Origin: Mytilus californianus
Lineage: Eukaryota
Direction of reading: 5' to 3'
Assembly: GCF_021869535.1 (NCBI RefSeq)
Contig: NW_026262690.1
Span: 83,948,001 to 84,012,000, forward strand
DNA: 64,000 nucleotides
Made by a program: the position numbers and the translations under genes
Notes under the pieces: generated by a model
Told to the model about the DNA's origin: nothing
The model's input: the letters and a program-made list of their open reading frames with translations, nothing else
The model's database searches: none
In this document: positions 9,629 through 21,060 of the stretch, piece after piece
Layout: each line of letters starts with the position of its first letter
How positions within the stretch are numbered: position 1 is the stretch's first letter

Positions 9629-10132
9629 ATGGCAGACAATGAAGAAAGCTTTGCCCAGCTAGAATCCCTCTATTTGTGGAAACTATTACCTGATAATTTA
9701 TGGTGGGACATATATGTAAAATTTAAGATCAATTATTTCCGGGAAATACTAGATAGAAAGAGAAGGGAACCTCTATTTAAGGAATTCCACGCTATACAGA
9801 AGCTTATTAACCTGTCGGATCCAATTATAATTGACAATTATTGTGGTTTACCCACAAAATTCGCAGAAATAATTGGACGCCGGAAACAATTTGCCGAAAT
9901 ACATAACTTATCCTATCAGGAGCATCTTAGGAAGTGGACGGTGGAGAACTTCAAAGCCATTGGATGGTTAAAACGATCCAATCGCTTTGGGGTTTACCAC
10001 CAAGAAGTGATTCTAAACAAGGCAAGGAAAATGCACCGGATACGCATTTTCGATCTGATCATTAAATTTGAGACTGTGAAGGAAAACAACCAAACATTTT
10101 ATTCAGGACTATCATATGAATTCCAAAATTGA
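9629..10132 (+). CDS. Accessory ORF of unknown function (167 aa, basic, no evident TM segment) between pol and env
   Basis: Uninterrupted ORF with agaATGG start, 1 nt after a strong acceptor (TTATTCTCATTTTACAG, AG at 9626-9627); lies inside an otherwise intact element. Confidence 0.75.
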   Translation: MADNEESFAQLESLYLWKLLPDNLWWDIYVKFKINYFREILDRKRREPLFKEFHAIQKLINLSDPIIIDNYCGLPTKFAEIIGRRKQFAEIHNLSYQEHLRKWTVENFKAIGWLKRSNRFGVYHQEVILNKARKMHRIRIFDLIIKFETVKENNQTFYSGLSYEFQN

Positions 10133-10202
10133 TAAAGGCCAGATAAATAAAATATATTATGATAATTTATATATGTATCATTATTTTTAGGGAGAACCAG
10201 TG

Positions 10203-12218
10203 ATGAAGTGGTGGTGGTTCTCACTTATTCTTTTTGGCTTAACCAGCCAATTCATTGTCAAGGAAAATGTCATGTTTCAAAAAATTAAGGAAATATCAAC
10301 CACAAGGTCAAATTGGCTCATTACTTTTGTCGTAGACTTGGATCCTTTTGAATTATTTCTTAATAAAATAGAACAAGACTTGGGCAAGGCTTTTCTCGCT
10401 ACACAAAAAGTTCACACAATTTCTATGTTTTACACCCCAGAAAAAAAACACATTTTGGCTACTATCTTAAGTCTACAAAGGGAGGTTGAAGGATTAAATC
10501 GGACAAAAGATTATTTACAATCACAATTCAATGATTACCAATCTTTATATTACGACGAAACGGCAAAGTTTAAAACTAAACGTAGCTTATTTCCTATTAT
10601 AGGCAAAGCATTAAGTTTTTTATTTGGTACTGTATCAGACAGCGACCTGTCAAAAATTCGAAGAAATATCAAAACTTTGGCACAAAATCAAGATGCAATT
10701 CGTCATATTGTTCAAGATGGGTTAACTATCTTAAACACTACACAAACACATGTTTCTGAAAATAGACACAAGGTTAATGAGTTGATTGAAAGTGTTCAAG
10801 ATCTTGGAAATAGACTTCAAACTTTTGCTACGGATTTAGAAAAACAAATTGAAGTTATGGGAAGTTATTTACAAGCTTATTTGCATATGGACATGATAAT
10901 AGGTGAAATAAAGGACCTTATGAATATAGCCGGGGATTATTTAAACCATTTGCAATTACAACTAAACATGTTGTCCTTAGGACACATGTCACCCAGTCTT
11001 ATATCACCCGGTAATTTACGAGTATTATTGACTGACATAAAACGACGACTACCGGCGACATTAAAGATACCTGGTGACGAAGTTAAAGATATTTGGAATT
11101 TTTATAAATTTTTGACCTGTAGTACAGTTTTGGACGAAAACAAAATAATCATTATCATTACGTTACCATTACTAGATATAAGAGACACTTATGAAATTTA
11201 TAAGATTCACAACTTGCCTGTTCCTACTACGATAACTGATAAACAATCTGACTCGAGCAATATGGTTGCTCAGTATGAATTAGAAGCAGAAGTTATTGCT
11301 GCAAACCAAGAAAAAACTAAATATATGCTGCTAAATACCAATGAAATTGACAAGTGTTCCAATCCTTTAGTTAATTTTTGTGAAATTAAAAGTCCAGTTT
11401 ATCCAGTTAATTTAAGTAAATTATGTATCATAGCCTTATTTGCCAATAAAGAAAATTGGAAAACAAGATGTACAGTGAAAGTACGACCAAACACAATTTT
11501 GCCTATGGCAACTTATTTGACCGATAGTATGTGGGCAGTTACAACCATTAATGAATTTAGAATCACTATTAGATGTGATGACAATACAAACATGTTGACG
11601 GATCAGATAATTAATCCTCCTACCACTATAATTAATTTAAAGCGAACTTGTACCGCTACGAGTGATCATTTGACCTTATTACCTACTTATCAAATGGAAA
11701 GTACATTTTTAACAGAAAAAACGTTCGAAAGATTCTTAAATACCTTTCAAGTACTGAATACAAGTTTATGGGAACCCTTTCATGCTGCTTTGCCAAATTT
11801 TACAAAGCTTGAACTACCAAGAGAACTAAAGGCGATTAAACAAATTCCTATGAACGCTTTGATTGAAAAACTTAGAAATTTAAGGGGAATTGAAAACGAT
11901 TTTGAATTTCCAAATTGGGGAGTAGGTTTATCCCTGGGTTTGGGTGCGATATTCATTGGAATAGCTATATTTTTGTACTGTAAGTTTTTTAGAAACAAAT
12001 CTTGGTTAGCCAAAAAGAAAGGTGTGAGTTCGGGTTCTAATGCCACGAACGATGGGTACCAAATGGTGACAACGCAAATGGTTGGGACAGAAGTACCTGA
12101 TTCCAGAGAGAAGATTCCCTCTGCACCATTACTCAAAGACGATGCAAGACCGAAGACCGATGCTACCAGTCTCTTGAGAAAGATGTACCCAGAGCTAGAT
12201 ACGTCCACTACTTCGTAA
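10203..12218 (+). CDS. env: Envelope glycoprotein, class I fusion protein of the F type (baculovirus F / gypsy Env-like)
   Basis: Signal peptide MKWWWFSLILFGLTSQ; basic cleavage site KFKTKR then fusion-peptide-like SLFPIIGKALSFLFG; heptad-rich and Cys-rich ectodomain; N-glycosylation sequons; C-terminal TM and cytoplasmic tail; acceptor TTATTTTTAG at 10181-10190. Confidence 0.9.
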   Translation: MKWWWFSLILFGLTSQFIVKENVMFQKIKEISTTRSNWLITFVVDLDPFELFLNKIEQDLGKAFLATQKVHTISMFYTPEKKHILATILSLQREVEGLNRTKDYLQSQFNDYQSLYYDETAKFKTKRSLFPIIGKALSFLFGTVSDSDLSKIRRNIKTLAQNQDAIRHIVQDGLTILNTTQTHVSENRHKVNELIESVQDLGNRLQTFATDLEKQIEVMGSYLQAYLHMDMIIGEIKDLMNIAGDYLNHLQLQLNMLSLGHMSPSLISPGNLRVLLTDIKRRLPATLKIPGDEVKDIWNFYKFLTCSTVLDENKIIIIITLPLLDIRDTYEIYKIHNLPVPTTITDKQSDSSNMVAQYELEAEVIAANQEKTKYMLLNTNEIDKCSNPLVNFCEIKSPVYPVNLSKLCIIALFANKENWKTRCTVKVRPNTILPMATYLTDSMWAVTTINEFRITIRCDDNTNMLTDQIINPPTTIINLKRTCTATSDHLTLLPTYQMESTFLTEKTFERFLNTFQVLNTSLWEPFHAALPNFTKLELPRELKAIKQIPMNALIEKLRNLRGIENDFEFPNWGVGLSLGLGAIFIGIAIFLYCKFFRNKSWLAKKKGVSSGSNATNDGYQMVTTQMVGTEVPDSREKIPSAPLLKDDARPKTDATSLLRKMYPELDTSTTS

Positions 12219-12624
12219 AAGGACTGGATTGTAAACCATACAACGTAGACGACCGAATCCACTAGCAGAAGACGAACCGTGTAAATAATTTTAAAAGTGA
12301 CCCTATGAACTGTGTAAATAGAATTGTATAAACATTTGCGTTCTTACCCAGTATTGAGGAACAACTTACTATGATGGTGATGGAAATAAAACATGAACTA
12401 TGTATACCGAAATATTGAACTTATGATTAGAATGAACTATGTGTAAATATATCCAGCTATTAGACTTGATGAATGTGATGAACTTATTATATCATGATAT
12501 TGGACTCGTAGAACTTTATAAACTTTAGATATGTGGTGATGGTTACCGGAAACCTTACAATAAACTATTAGAATAACCTACAGGAAGAAAAATACCGTAT
12601 TTTATTGAACTTTCGTTCTATTTT

Positions 12625-12634
12625 GGAGGGAGGG
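12625..12634 (+). promoter_or_regulatory. Polypurine tract GGAGGGAGGG (second copy at 3688-3697)
   Basis: Purine run ending 5 nt before the LTR start. Confidence 0.85.
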
Positions 12635-12639
12635 CATTA

Positions 12640-13103
12640 TGTAACACAATTGTGTTCCATACGATAATCATCAGGAAGTAACTACATACAGCAAAACCGA
12701 GACGATTACATGTAACCTTTAGACACTTAATAACAATCTGTACGAATATTATTGACATATATCCTGCAGCCACTAAATGACCATGTCTACTGTGAAATAA
12801 CATGTATCCGTCAGGGGTTAATTGCATAGTTTGACAATTAACCACAGACTAGTATTACTCCACAACCAGACTACTACGTAACCGGCCTACAGCTATGGAC
12901 CGTTTGTATGGACCACTAGACTATATAAGATCTCTCATTTTGGACTTCAAGACACAATTCGATCACACCAGAATTCGTCAGATCTCGGCCAGTGTCTCAG
13001 TGAAAAACATTTATTTGAACTTTTAATCGCTCTTTGAATACTTGTAAATTAAGCAATAAATTCTAATTGACAAGTATTAGTTAACTTAATTGACTTCGCA
13101 ACA
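12640..13103 (+). repeat. LTR copy 3 (3' LTR, 464 bp)
   Basis: Same sequence as 3703-4166; AATAAA at 13055-13060; followed by TSD TCAT. Confidence 0.97.
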
Positions 13104-14440
13104 TCATGACATTCTTTGCTTAAAGCTTGAAATTTATGGATTTAGTGAGGCTACTGTTAGTTTTTTCAAGTCATACCTGAATAACAGAAAACAGCAGGTA
13201 AACATTTGTAATGTTTACTCTAAACAACAACATGTAAAATTTGGTGTACCCCAAGGTTCTATACTTGGTCCTCTATTGTTTGTGCTATTTATAAACGACC
13301 TTCCCTTATGCATTGAAAATTGTGAAACAGACCTATATGCTGATGACACCACTCTTCAGAAATCAGGGAAAAACATAGAAAATATACATGATGATGTTCA
13401 AGAAGATTTATACAGGGTTGAAGAGTGGTGCAAAATGAATAGCATGTTCATTAATGCAAACAAAACAAAATGTTTAGTTACTGGAACAAAGCAGAAACTA
13501 TCAATTCAGACTTATCAACCAAACTTGATAATAAATTCAAAAGTATTACAAAATTCTTCATGTGAAAAATTATTAGGTGTTAAAATTGACAGCACACTTA
13601 GCTGGAGAAATCAAATTGACCAAGTTTGTGCTAATATATCATCCAGAATATACCTTCTTTCTAAAATAAAGAAATTTTTAGATATAAATGCAAGGAAAAC
13701 ATATTACAATGGGTATATTCTGCCCCTGATTGACTACTGCTGTATTATTTGGGGTGAATGTAAAAATGAAGGGATAACAAGAATTTTAAAACTCCAAAAA
13801 AGGGCAGCAAGATTAATTCTAGATGCAGATCCTTTATCCCCCTCAGCCCCCTTATTTAAAGAACTTGGGTGGATGACAGTTGACAATAGAATCAAATACC
13901 ACAAATATTTACTTCTATATAAATGTATGCGTATGGAAGCTCCAATGTACCTAGTTCAAAGTTTAAACTGAAATCAGATAATAATCCTTACTCCTTGAGA
14001 GGTGTCACTCAAGGTAATATGATAGTTCCTAAACCAAAAGCTGAGCTATTTAAGAAATCTTTTGTTTATTCTGGATCAGTGTTATGGAATGGACTACCAC
14101 ACAAAATGCGTAAAGCTCAAAACGCTTATACTTTTAAACAAAGTATCAAGAAGTACTTAACACAGTCCTGATAAGATTATGTTTTCTACAATGTATTTGT
14201 ATATTCTTTTATTTTTATTTTTATTTGATTTTTTGACTACATGTGCATCTTGAACAGCCTTATATCTTATCATGTTAGTAATATTACATTGAACTAATTG
14301 ACTGTAAATTAACTATGTGTAAATATCTGTTTTTGATTGTATTGTAATTTGTATGTGAGGGCCTCAGGGAAGATTAGTCTATTGTAACTAACTGAGTTTA
14401 CCCTCTTTAAATAAAGAATTTATTATTATTATTATTATTA
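13104..14440 (+). mobile_element. Same LINE, right part: rest of RT, 3' UTR, AATAAA and (TTA)n tail
   Basis: Removing the LTR element and one TCAT restores DLVDH-DILCLKLEIYG in frame; GVPQGSILGP and YADD motifs; one frameshift near 13953; AATAAA at 14410-14415 and TTA repeats to 14440. Confidence 0.92.
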
Positions 14441-14623
14441 AAGTTTAATTAATTAACCCTGTCAGAAAGTAAAGATTATCTACACATTTGAGTTTTTAAA
14501 TAATTCAAGTGAAATAATATTTATCCACATCAAGCTGGTGCAAAGGATATGATAAACTAGTATGCACTTCTGCTAATTGTTAAAAAGTTTTGTTGATGTT
14601 GTTGTTCGACACTAACCTCAACA

Positions 14624-14832
14624 GAATGCACGCACATTTAAATAAATAGAAGTTCTGGTTTCATTCATTCTTTCTGTAAACAAGCATTGTTCACTATTCA
14701 GATCACCAGTTATGACATAACCTACCCGAATGCACGCACATTTAATAAATAAATGGAAGTTCGGGTTCATTCATTCTGTCTGTGAACAGGCACTGTCCAC
14801 TATTCAGATCACCAAGCTATGACATGACTTAC
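14624..14832. repeat. Two-copy tandem duplication, period about 104 bp
   Basis: GAATGCACGCACATTTAA... starts at 14624 and 14728. Confidence 0.85.
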
Positions 14833-17248
14833 CTGTTCTTTAAAAGGGTAAATGCAAGTTTTAAAAAACATGTTTATAAAGTATTTCAATAGTATTGCGA
14901 AATAGTTGTTTACGAATGCATTATTACTCAGGCATATGTTACGTTTATGTAATATTCCAAATTTAAATATAACCTTAATTACATTCTCAGTAAATAATCC
15001 ATAGGTATAAAGTGGAGATCTACCTTGATGTATATGTCTCTGAGATGTATCGGGGTATGTGAGGTGAATAACCTGTTCATATACATGTAATGTGAACAGT
15101 TCGAAACAAGTTCAAGGATTTAAAATATTTAATGCAATTCACAACTTTGTATAATTTATGTTAATGAGATGATGACTTTTCTTGATAGTATCGGCTTTGT
15201 TTTGATTGGGGAATTTATTTATGAAACATAAAATATTTTACAGTCTGGAAATTTTCTTAGGTCGCTTGAGTATGTCAGACATATGAAAACCTTTACACGA
15301 ACCATCTTTATAACTTTATAACTATTGATTGTGGTTAGCTTAACATCCTGATGGATTTTTTTTTTAGACATATGCAGGACGACCAGGAGATATTACAAAT
15401 TTCTGCTGCATTTGTTTCACTAATGGGTTCCATACTTGAAAGTTGGAGAAGTCTTTTGGATGTAAAACTTATCACAATATAAAGATTTTTCAAGTTTTGT
15501 TTTGTATACGTGATTATAAAATGTTATTTTGACGCTCTATGTATTTACATTTTAAATTGCTAATTAATGCATTTGATTACATGTTCAATGTTACGACAAC
15601 ATGTTGATCCTCAAAGAACACAAAAAAGCTGTCATTCTGTTAATTTAAGTTTTAAAATAACTATACATTTGAAATAAATTTAGGAGAAATTACTCCTACC
15701 GTTTATACCGTTTATACCAAATAAATCCGCTATAGTACGATTCTGGAAAATTGGTCGACGGGGATGAAGGGCTGGAATTTAGACCGTTATGGTTAAAAAG
15801 TTTCCTTATAGTAGTTCAAATACAACCCTTCAAAGATTTACTGCAAGGGTTCTTTCATGTGCAAATTAGCGACACTCTTCTTTGATGGGACTTTGGATTC
15901 ACTGTTCCAATCTCGAGGACGTGTTTGCATATTTGTACATTCCACAAATTTGGATGACCCGGCAGCAGACACAGCTCGCACAATGTAGGACTTTGAACGA
16001 CTAACGGCAATCCCCTCGTACATAATTAAAACTGTAAAACTAACAGCAGAAGGGAAGGGGAAATCATTTATGAGAGAGAATCGGGAACAAACGGATTAAA
16101 TTTATTTTTTCACAGTGCGAACATTTAAAGTATAAAGGGCTCCTACGCATCGGTCAATTTTATTTTACTCCAATAAAGCTTCAAATTAAAAACATTTAAT
16201 TTTAAATAAACTCATCATAGATACTAGGCTTAACATTGTGTACAAAAGACTCATCACTGACGCTCGAATAATAAAAGCAAAATAAAAGCAAAATAAAGTA
16301 CAAGTTTGAGAGCATTGAAGACCCAAAATTCCGAAACTACATCAACCACATATCCTTTCTGTTCACGTTCGTATTAACCTTCATACTACAATGTGTTCTT
16401 TTCTTTTACGTATTGTTTTTACTACATCTGGATATATTAATTTTGAGTAGTCTCTTCTAGCATTGATTTTAGTATTTCATATTGATTTTACATTCTTCCT
16501 TTTTCTAGTTTTAAGGTATTCTATGTCCGTTGCCGAGATAATTTAATATAATATATTTTCCACTATTGATTTAAAAATTCGAATTTTACATGAAATATGA
16601 ATATTTGTATTAGCAAATACGATTTAAATTATATAGTTTCACATTAAACGTTGAATTTAAAATATATACAGATAAAACATACTTTTGAGCTATACTAAAA
16701 AAGAGGGACGAAAGATACCAGAGGGACAGTCAAACTCATAGATCAAAAACAAACTGACAACGCCATGGCCAAAAATAAAAAGACAAATAGACAAATTATA
16801 GTACAGATAAAATTAGGACAAATTCTCTTAAATTCTTCGATAACTTGTATCTTTTTTCTACAAATCATTACTATCCTTTCTAAAGCAAATACAAGACAGT
16901 ACAATCAACTCTTTAAAAACTAAATTAATTTAAATGTTTAAAAATAAATTTATTTCATTTAAATTCTGAGGTCACGACACATTTACCTGATGGTTTCATT
17001 TTCCATGTCTTACTTATAAATTTCTTTTATAACAAAACATCTTTGTACACCTGGTATTCGAACAATCGACATCAAACTTATCACACCTCTGTATATATAA
17101 TAATATGATCACTTTAAATTTCTCACAATGTGGTCAGAAGTAGTAACTCTGGACAAGTAAACATTAAGGTCTTATAAGGTCAAAAGTCTGGTAAATAAAA
17201 TATATAGAATTCACCGAGGCGTGACGAGTCTGTACATACACAGTAGCA

Positions 17249-17257
17249 ATGGAACAG
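17249..17257 (+). CDS. Candidate first coding exon of paralogue A (ATG GAA CAG|GTAAGA)
   Basis: gcaATGG start and a strong phase-0 donor that fits the phase-0 start of exon 26362; about 9 kb away and not otherwise supported. Confidence 0.3.
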
Positions 17258-18074
17258 GTAAGACACATTTTATTTATCCCGTTATTTCAGACATACTTAA
17301 TTATAGAGATCAATTCATCATATCATTTGACAAAGAAATCACACAAAATTTCATTTTAACAAGAAGAAAAACCTAAAGTCTTTGAATATTATATTTGATA
17401 TATAGATAAGTATTTCACATCGTGATTTGCGTTTCTGAATTTTTTTGCATGTACTGTACTGTGAGCACTGGGAGGTCTGCCATAAACCATCCAGTTATTG
17501 AATTTTACGGATATTTCAAGTAGACATAGGAAATGTAAAACAAATATTCATCAAAAGCAAAATAAAAAAACGGGAAAGTGAATATCTACACTTATAGATT
17601 AAAAAACAGTTTAGTTAAAGTGCATTCAAGAGATACAACAGAAGTATTTAAGTGGTAATAGTTTATTCATGTTGGATAACCATACAGCACATCTTTTCGT
17701 TTTAAATGTTCACCGTCTCATTGCAAATCCCGATTGTGTTCAATATACATAAAAATTATGATTACTTAAAATATTCGACATTCAGTTTAAGGTGCAAAGA
17801 GCGTGATTAGTAAGCGCCGGTAAATCGGATAAAGATGTAGGTTCAATTTCCCCTAATTTGTTTCATTCACAGGGTCAAAATGTAAAAGTTGCCAAATGCT
17901 AATGAAATTGGAATATTAAAGAGTCTTTATACAGTATTTGAAATATTTTCAACATATTACATATTTCCATAACTTAAATATTGTGAACGCTACATATTCC
18001 TGTTGAAGGCATCCGGCTTTAGGTGGGGTTCGTATTGCTCATTCTTTATTTTTCTATGTTTTTGTAAACTGTTT

Positions 18075-18652
18075 GTTTTTAGCTCACCTTTCCAAAGGAA
18101 ATGTGAGCTTTTGCCATCACTTGGCGTCGTCGTCCGTCCGGTGTAAACTATTTCAAACATCTTCTCCTCTGAAACAACTGAACCAATTCCAACCAAACTT
18201 AAGCTGAATGAACCTTATCGTATCTAGAATAAAGTTTGTGTTTAATTTTCTGTTTCGTCAAAAAACATGGCCGCCATGGCTTAAAATAGAACATAGGGGT
18301 AAAATGCAGTTTTTGGCTTATATCTCAAAAACTAAAGCATTTAGAGCAAATCTGACATGGGGTAAAACTGTTCAAAACTTGGGCTGAATGAGTTTTAGAG
18401 TATCTAGTATACATTTTGTATTTTATTTCCTTGTACGTCAAGAAACATAGCCACTATGGCTAAAATGGAACATAGGGGTAAAATGCTTTTTTTTTTTGCT
18501 TTTGTGAAAATATGACAGATACAAAGAACATTTAAATGGCATTTTTAAGCCACTCATTAATATATATTGAAAAGCAAAAATAATCATTGATGAAAGATTT
18601 AAGCAAAAAATTACAGGTGAGCGATTCAGGCTCTTGAGAGCCTCTTGTTTGG
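18075..18652 (+). mobile_element. Helentron-associated non-autonomous element (HINE/DINE-like) with internal tandem units
   Basis: TTTTTAGCTCACC start, GTCC-type microsatellite, subterminal GGTGAGCG inverted repeat, 3' hairpin AGGCTC-TTGA-GAGCCT followed by CTTGTTT. Confidence 0.65.
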
Positions 18653-18821
18653 TATTTTTCTTCTTTTTTTTTGCCTTGGCGTTGTCAGTTTATTTTCGAC
18701 TTTCGAGTTTGAATGTTCCTTTGGTATCTTTCGTCTCTCTTTTGATACGAAATTGCAAATTTTACATGTTTTTGTGAACTTTTGCATCGGAGTACGTAGC
18801 TACACAAGATAAATAATTTAA

Positions 18822-19190
18822 GGATGTTCGCTACTCTTGTTTTTGACTTTTTGTTAGATATTCAGAATCCTCTAGTTTTATCCATGTTAGTGCCAATAAA
18901 AATTTTCCCCGCTAACCCTTACTTTTCTTTTCATAATTTTATTACATATTGTTGAAAAAGCCGTTTTTGAAAATCTTATATAAACCTTGTTATTTTTTCA
19001 TAGTTTTTGAAAGAAAAAAATATATGAATAATCTAGAGAGAAAACAGTTCTCGCCAAATTTTCAATGGCTTATATCTCGAAAACAAGCACCCTTAATTTT
19101 TTTCTGCTCTTTTAGTTCCTTTATTTATATACTATCAATTTATAACAGTCTTTTAAAAAGCTTGTTATTTTAACAGAGAAGCGAACATTC
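18822..19190. mobile_element. TTAA-flanked MITE (Kolobok-type termini)
   Basis: TTAA on both sides; TIR GGATGTTCGCT / AGCGAACATTC (1 mismatch). Confidence 0.65.
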
Positions 19191-19261
19191 TTAAATCAAA
19201 AAACATATTATACAACTTTAAGGCTAACACAATTTGGGGTTAGTTAAGAATGTCCTTAAAA

Positions 19262-19690
19262 AAAAGGAGATGAGGTATGATTGCAAATGAGACAACTATC
19301 CACCTAAGTTCAAATAAAATGTATGTAAGAAATTATAGGCAACCGTACTACCTTTAACAATGAGAAAAACCCATACCGTATAGTCGGCTATAAAAGGCCC
19401 AGACATGAAAAATATGAAACAATTTAATTGAGAAAACGAACGGCCTAATTTATAACAAAACAATTAACGAAAAACAAATAAGACAGACATGAACCAACGA
19501 CAACCACTGAACTACAGCCTCCTGACTTGAGACAGGCACATAAAGAATGTGTTGGGGTTAAAGATGTTTGTGAGCGCTCAACCCTCCCCCTAACCTGGGA
19601 CAGTGGTGTAACAGCACAACATAAGAACAAACTATAAAAATCATTTGAAAAAGGCTTAACTCATCAGATCGATACAAAGCAGAAAAACAT
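19262..19690 (+). repeat. Abundant interspersed repeat family (other copies or fragments near 950-1250, 36385-36480, 37620-37800, 38060-38230, 46610-47035, 63282-63456)
   Basis: Recurrent blocks GTGGTATGATTGCCAATGAGACAACTCTCC, ATAGGTCACCGTACGGCC and CTCCTGACTTGGGACAGGC on both strands. Confidence 0.8.
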
Positions 19691-21060
19691 CAAACATAAA
19701 CACAGACATAGTACATTTTTTGGATACATATTCAATTTTCATTTAGCTATCTTAATAAGGTGTTTTGTGATCTGTAAAGAAATTGGCCATAACATTGAAA
19801 GAATCTCAAAATACACAAATTGGGCTGTGATACTGTGAATTTAAGCAAAGATTAAAAGAAGTTTTGAAAACGTCCCTTGTGTGAAATAAATTAAAGGGGT
19901 TTCCGTTAGATTATGCCGGAATATGAATATTAAATCCGATGCTTTGTGTAGGGAGTAAGTCACGATTTCTGCATGTTAAATAACCCAGAAAACATTAAAA
20001 TCAACGGAAAAAACATCTGACATTGTGCATCTCCTGTTTTATTTCCAATCCCAAGGTTTACTGGGGAACAGAAATATAATAACGTTCTATTACAACTTCT
20101 TACATGGTCTTGTCTGTCTTTCTTCTATTTGTGGTTTTTGATTTACCTTTGGTATCTTCATAACTTTATTTCACAGAATCTCATATTGTACCATTGTCCT
20201 TTTCGAGTTTTAGTTTTTATCCAAATAATTTTCGAGATTTCCTGTTGCGAAACATTGACAACTAACAGAGAAAGGAAATGTGGCGCAATTGCAACGGAGT
20301 CAACTATTCTCAAAAGATAAAAGGACAAGGACGCCAAAATCTATAGCTATAGGTCATAGTTCGACTAACAACAATGAACCAAGGAGACAACTATCCACAA
20401 GAAATCAAAGGACAAGGACGTCAACAACTACAGGTCACAGTATTAGTACGACCTTTGACTATGATCAAAACCGATACCGTAAAGTAAGCGATAAAGACTC
20501 AAGATAACAAAATGTGAACAAAACAGCAATAGTTAATTATAAACTAACGGACTATCTAAGCCTACATCGAACGAGAAACAATCCTGACAGACGGCACTAA
20601 ACGACAATCACTGGGCTACTAATCAGTCTTAATTTTCGAGATGATACTTCTTAATGACAAATATAATGCAACAATAGAAGTATACTGAAGTACTCCGAAT
20701 ATAATGATCGTCCTGAATATGCATGAAATATTTGCCACTGGACGTAAAGAAACCATTAATCAATCATTCGAATATCATGGTAGATAAAAAGATCTTATGT
20801 TAAGAAACCAAGAAAAGAAATGGATGATTTTATAAATGAGGTTGTCAATTTAAATCTCGAAATACTGACGACAATTTTAAATATCTAATATATATATACT
20901 GAGTTTATGGATTGTAACACATACCAGTATTTGACGATATTTGATAGACGGGTGATCCATCGAAGAACGTGAAATATTATTTACTCTCCTTTTAGACTGC
21001 GATGCAGATATAAAGAGACAGCGTTTGATAAAGGTAATGGCGGATGAAAAAAAAATACGA

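Larger units (their letters stand above)
2709..13103 (+). mobile_element. Env-encoding Ty3/gypsy LTR retrotransposon (errantivirus/ERV-like), apparently intact, with an extra partial LTR + env-tail/3'UTR copy at its 5' end
   Basis: TGT...ACA termini; 4-bp TSD TCAT at 2705-2708 and 13104-13107; LTRs at 2709-3102 (truncated), 3703-4166 and 12640-13103; PBS-like site at 4177; PPT at 12625; open gag, PR-RT-RH-IN pol (gypsy order), accessory ORF and env. Confidence 0.97.

Noticed and set aside
11780-12262. 160-aa antisense ORF over the env 3' end (HBZ/ASP-like idea)
   Set aside because: Non-ATG start; antisense open frames are common opposite real ORFs; nothing else supports it. Stranded RNA-seq and conservation could revive it.
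13090-13107. Apparent LTR-LINE fusion protein starting MTSQH
   Set aside because: The start is a TTG in the LTR end chosen by the ORF caller; the same artefact extends gag to 4153.
15838-16030. Minus-strand ORF with FN3-like SYIVRAVSAAGSS after a plausible acceptor
   Set aside because: Single short segment with no linked exons found; not enough to call a gene.
19445-19630. Similar small ORFs at 19445-19630, 37939-38235 and 63195-63500
   Set aside because: Translations of the abundant interspersed repeat, not genes.
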